Source: Candidatus Competibacteraceae bacterium (GTDB taxonomy: Bacteria > Bacteroidota > Bacteroidia > CAIKAF01). From it: DNA of 64,000 bases. Shown here piece after piece: positions 60,664-64,000 of the stretch. Positions within the stretch are counted from its first letter, which is position 1, and every line of letters begins with the position of its first letter. A program made the translations under genes and the position numbers. Location: the NCBI GenBank assembly GCA_014879445.1, contig JACSSC010000018.1, positions 64,706 to 128,705 of the forward strand. The letters run 5' to 3'. The notes below the pieces were generated by a model. The model ran no database searches and was not told where the DNA came from. It saw only the letters and a program-made list of their open reading frames with translations.

Positions 60664-63456
60664 ATGAAGCCATTATCATTTACCATCAACGGGAAGAAAT
60701 ATACTGTACTTGCCGAAGAAACCGAAACCCTCTCTTCTGTAATACGAAATAAAGCCGGTCTTACAGGCACAAAAGAGGGATGCAATCAGGGAAGCTGTGG
60801 CGCATGTACTGTGCTTGTCAATAATACACCCGTGCTAAGTTGTATTACTCCGGCATCTCGATTTGAGAATGCCGAAATCACGACTATCGAAGGGATAGAG
60901 CACAATGGCAATCTGCATCTGCTTCAAACGCTTTTTGTAAAACGTGGCGCCATACAGTGTGGATTCTGTACGCCAGGTATGGTACTCACAGCACTTGATT
61001 ATACCCAAAACAATCCTGATGCGTCTCGTGATGATATCAAAGAGGCCTTATCAGGAAATCTTTGTCGCTGTACAGGATATAAAAAAATTATAGATGCGGT
61101 GGCTGAATATGCTACGATGACAAAAAATGGGGAATCAACAGTTGCCGACAATTTTGATAATGGAAAAATTATTGGCGTATCAAGACCATATATCGAAGCA
61201 GAAAAGAAAGTGCGTGGCACAGCGGAATATGCCGACGATATCAAGCTAAAAAATCCGTTGATTTGTCGTTTCGTTCGAAGCACTCATCCTCATGCTCGTA
61301 TTGATGCTATTGAATTGGAGGAAGCTTGGAAAGTGGAAGGTGTAAAATATATTGCAACAGGACAAGAATTGCCCGGCAAATTTGGGGTGCTACCCGTATC
61401 TAACGACGAAACGGCTATGGCTATTGAGAAAACTCGTTATCTTGGCGAAATTGTGGCCGCTGTAGCTGCCGAAACAGAAGAGGCCGCCTTGGAGGCATGT
61501 CGCAAAATTAAGGTAACATACACACCCCTTAAATCCTACTTTACGATTGATAGCTCCTTGCAAGATGTTGGTGATGATGAAAAAATTCATGCGCATTGCA
61601 AGTTCAACAACAACATTCATAAAAAAGCAGAATTGCGTTTCGGAAATCAGGAAGAGGGTTTGCAGAAAGCAGCTCATGTGTCTGAAATGGAGTTTGAGTT
61701 TGAAGGTGTTTCTCATGCATTTACTGAACCGCATGCCGCTTCTGCTTATTGGGACGAAAATGGATTGACGATTATTACAGCTACTCAAGTGCCACATTAT
61801 TTGCATCGTGCGCTGGCTAAGGTGCTTGGTGTTCCGCTGGCCCAAGTGAGGGTAATCAAACCTTATGTAGGAGGTGGGTTTGGTGGAAAAAGCGATCCGT
61901 TTCCGCATGAGGTAATTATTGCGCATATAGCTAGAAAAACGGGACGAACAGTGAAAACAACATTCTCTAGAGAAGAGGTGTTTTTAAGCAATCATGGCCG
62001 CCATCCTTCTAAAATGAAAATTCGTCTTGGTGCAAACGAACAAGGCAAATTTGAAGTGCTTGATGCCGATATTGCCATTGATGGCGGAGCTTATGGCAGT
62101 TTTGGCGTAGTAACATCATACTATAATGGTGTATTGCTTCAGGCACCTTATGACATTCGCAATTTTGGATTTCGTACATTTAGGGTTTATACCAATAAAC
62201 CCCAATGTGGCGCCATGCGTGGACATGGAGCTGTTAATTCAAGGTTTGCTGTTGAAACACTGATTGACGATTTGGCCCACCGACTCAAAGTTGACCCTTG
62301 CGAGTTGCGATTAAAAAATTTTTATAACGAAAATGTGCTTACTGTTGGCGAATTTCGTATCACCTCTAATGGTAGTCGATTGGCGTTGGAATCGGTGATG
62401 AAATCCTCATCGTGGAAAGACAAATATGGAAAAATGCCAGAAGGAAAAGGTATAGGCGTGGGATGTGGCTTCTTTATCAGTGGTAGTGCTTTGCCAATTA
62501 TTTGGAATGAATATCCCCAAACCGTTGTGCATCTCAAACTCGATTTCGATGGGCGTGTGCTTGTCTCTTCTGGCGCTAGTGATATTGGACAGGGTAGTGA
62601 TACCATGCTAGCTATGGTAGTTGCTGAAACACTTGGTATCGGCATGGATCAGGTTTTTGTTCTGGCGGCCGATACACTGCTCACGCCTGTAGATTTGGGA
62701 AGCTATTCCAGCCGTGTTACTTTTATGTGTGGCAATGCAGCAAAATCTGCAGCCGATAATCTGAAAAAAGAAATACTTACTGCCGTTTCCCTTCGTCATC
62801 ATATCCCGATTGAAGAACTCTATATTTCGCAAAGCATGGTTTGCAGCAATGATGCATCGCTACAGCTCGATTGGCTCGCTGCCGTTGATATGGCAACGGC
62901 TCATAGAGGAGCACTGACGGTTAGCGGAAATTATATTTCTCCAAAATTGGGAGGTGATTTCAAAGGGGCAGGTGCGGGTCTTAGCCCTTCTTATAGCTTT
63001 GGCGCTTGTATTGCCGAAGTGTGCGTTGATAAACAAACCGGGAAAGTGGAAATTTTAAATGTTTGGGGGGCCCATGATTGTGGCAAAGCGCTTAACCCTA
63101 TGGCGGTCGAAGGTCAATTAGAAGGATCGTGGCACATGGGCTTAGGTCAGGCCATCAGCGAAGAAATGAAATATTTCAACGGGTTACTGCTGAATAATAA
63201 TTTTATTGACTATAAAATCCCCACTTCGCTTGATACGCCAGAGTTCCACACACACATTATTGAAACAGGCGACCCAGAAGGGCCGTTCGGCGCTAAAGAG
63301 TGTGGCGAAGGGGCTCTTCATCCTGTTATTCCCGCCGTTATCAATGCAATTTATAACGCCACGGGCGTGCGAATCACAAAACTTCCCGTAAAAGCAGAGG
63401 ATATTCTTGAAAAAATTAAAGCAGGTACTAATCATGACTACGTTGAGCACAAGTAA
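60664..63456 (+). CDS. Xanthine dehydrogenase-family molybdoenzyme with fused [2Fe-2S] (CoxS-like) and molybdopterin-binding (CoxL-like) subunits
   Basis: N-terminal 'GCNQGSCGACTV' and 'CGFCTPGM...CRCTGY' ferredoxin motifs, followed by a ~780-aa Moco domain with 'GGGFGGK' and 'AGGLSPSY...'. Confidence 0.8.
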   Translation: MKPLSFTINGKKYTVLAEETETLSSVIRNKAGLTGTKEGCNQGSCGACTVLVNNTPVLSCITPASRFENAEITTIEGIEHNGNLHLLQTLFVKRGAIQCGFCTPGMVLTALDYTQNNPDASRDDIKEALSGNLCRCTGYKKIIDAVAEYATMTKNGESTVADNFDNGKIIGVSRPYIEAEKKVRGTAEYADDIKLKNPLICRFVRSTHPHARIDAIELEEAWKVEGVKYIATGQELPGKFGVLPVSNDETAMAIEKTRYLGEIVAAVAAETEEAALEACRKIKVTYTPLKSYFTIDSSLQDVGDDEKIHAHCKFNNNIHKKAELRFGNQEEGLQKAAHVSEMEFEFEGVSHAFTEPHAASAYWDENGLTIITATQVPHYLHRALAKVLGVPLAQVRVIKPYVGGGFGGKSDPFPHEVIIAHIARKTGRTVKTTFSREEVFLSNHGRHPSKMKIRLGANEQGKFEVLDADIAIDGGAYGSFGVVTSYYNGVLLQAPYDIRNFGFRTFRVYTNKPQCGAMRGHGAVNSRFAVETLIDDLAHRLKVDPCELRLKNFYNENVLTVGEFRITSNGSRLALESVMKSSSWKDKYGKMPEGKGIGVGCGFFISGSALPIIWNEYPQTVVHLKLDFDGRVLVSSGASDIGQGSDTMLAMVVAETLGIGMDQVFVLAADTLLTPVDLGSYSSRVTFMCGNAAKSAADNLKKEILTAVSLRHHIPIEELYISQSMVCSNDASLQLDWLAAVDMATAHRGALTVSGNYISPKLGGDFKGAGAGLSPSYSFGACIAEVCVDKQTGKVEILNVWGAHDCGKALNPMAVEGQLEGSWHMGLGQAISEEMKYFNGLLLNNNFIDYKIPTSLDTPEFHTHIIETGDPEGPFGAKECGEGALHPVIPAVINAIYNATGVRITKLPVKAEDILEKIKAGTNHDYVEHK

Positions 63457-64000
63457 ATATTTCAAAGCACACTCCGTGCAGGATGCCATCGCATTAGCCA
63501 AAGCACATACCAATTTTATTTTTTTGGCTGGCGGAACTGATGCCATGGTAAATAAACAACAGGGAACGCTTGAGGCCAATACACTCATTGATATTTCTGA
63601 TATCAACGAGTTGAACCAAATAACTTCAAACGATGAACAACTTATTGTTGGAAGCATGAATACTTTGCACCAAATTGCTTCTCATCATATTGTTGCAACT
63701 CGCTTTCCTGCACTTCGCGAAGCAGCCCTCTCTGTCGCCACTCCCGTTATCAGACGCTCTGCAACCATCGGGGGTAATTTGCTTTGCGAAAACAGATGTT
63801 CGTTTTATAACCAAAGCGAATGGTGGCGCGAAGCAGTTGGTTATTGCCTCAAATGCAATGGCGATATTTGTATTGCTACGGGTGGAAAGAAAAACTGCTT
63901 TTCTCGTTTTGTGAGCGATACGGCACCCGTTCTTATTGCACTACAGGCGTCTGCTACTATCTCCGATGGAAATACATCCAAACAAATTCTACTCGAAAAT
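63434..64000 (+). CDS. Xanthine dehydrogenase-family FAD-binding subunit (CoxM-like); 3' end outside window
   Basis: ATG at 63434 overlaps the end of the Moco subunit. 'FIFLAGGTDAMVN' is an FAD_binding_5 motif. The frame is open to the window end and is therefore absent from the ORF track. Confidence 0.65.
   Translation, partial: MTTLSTSKYFKAHSVQDAIALAKAHTNFIFLAGGTDAMVNKQQGTLEANTLIDISDINELNQITSNDEQLIVGSMNTLHQIASHHIVATRFPALREAALSVATPVIRRSATIGGNLLCENRCSFYNQSEWWREAVGYCLKCNGDICIATGGKKNCFSRFVSDTAPVLIALQASATISDGNTSKQILLEN

Noticed and set aside
1-64000. tRNA, rRNA, transposase or integrase genes, and prophage or defence cassettes
   Set aside because: I inspected all intergenic gaps over 60 bp and saw no cloverleaf-like or rRNA-like sequence. 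No DDE/HTH transposase, tyrosine or serine recombinase, restriction, Cas, or toxin-antitoxin signatures appear among the translated ORFs.

Overview
This window reads as Bacteroidota chromosomal DNA, about 40% GC, densely packed with genes and carrying no transposase, integrase, rRNA, tRNA or CRISPR that I could find. Four blocks of recognisable core genes dominate. (1) Housekeeping genes at the left end: an HExxH metallopeptidase whose 5' end lies outside the window, tadA, an M16 insulinase-like peptidase, dcd and pyk. (2) A cbb3-type cytochrome oxidase cluster: a small CcoS-like ORF missed by the ORF track, a fused ccoNO, a CcoQ-like micro-ORF also missed, a single-haem ccoP, ccoG, a FixH/ccoH homologue and a TauE/DsbD_2-like membrane protein, with no ccoI copper ATPase in the window. 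(3) A menaquinone block menF-menD-menB followed by menA. (4) DNA repair and metabolism genes: uvrB, mutS, recQ, phosphoglucomutase, a PGI/PMI SIS-domain isomerase, a SpoU/TrmH-family RNA methyltransferase, aminopeptidase N (M1), a free methionine-R-sulfoxide reductase (GAF), an SDR and a xanthine-dehydrogenase-family molybdoenzyme with fused 2Fe-2S and Moco subunits. Between these blocks sit genes typical of gliding and type IX secretion (T9SS) accessory regions: at least six proteins with T9SS C-terminal sorting domains, one of them an M43 metalloprotease; a tightly coupled lipoprotein / beta-barrel / SBBP-propeller-cargo operon; and a TPR lipoprotein resembling PorW/SprE. The most striking feature is a sprB-like operon. 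It encodes a 1836-aa protein with the gliding-motility-associated (type B) C-terminal domain, a central Gly-rich region built on (GGC/GGT)n trinucleotide tracts and at least six tandem repeats of about 95 aa; it is followed by a PorP/SprF homologue and an OmpA-family protein. Other points worth follow-up are a short SSB lacking the acidic tail with an upstream dyad, a Tyr-rich 473-aa orphan with an upstream palindrome, a small Cys-rich lipoprotein and a 450-bp ORF-free region upstream of recQ. All product calls rest on motifs read from the translations, and none was checked against a database.
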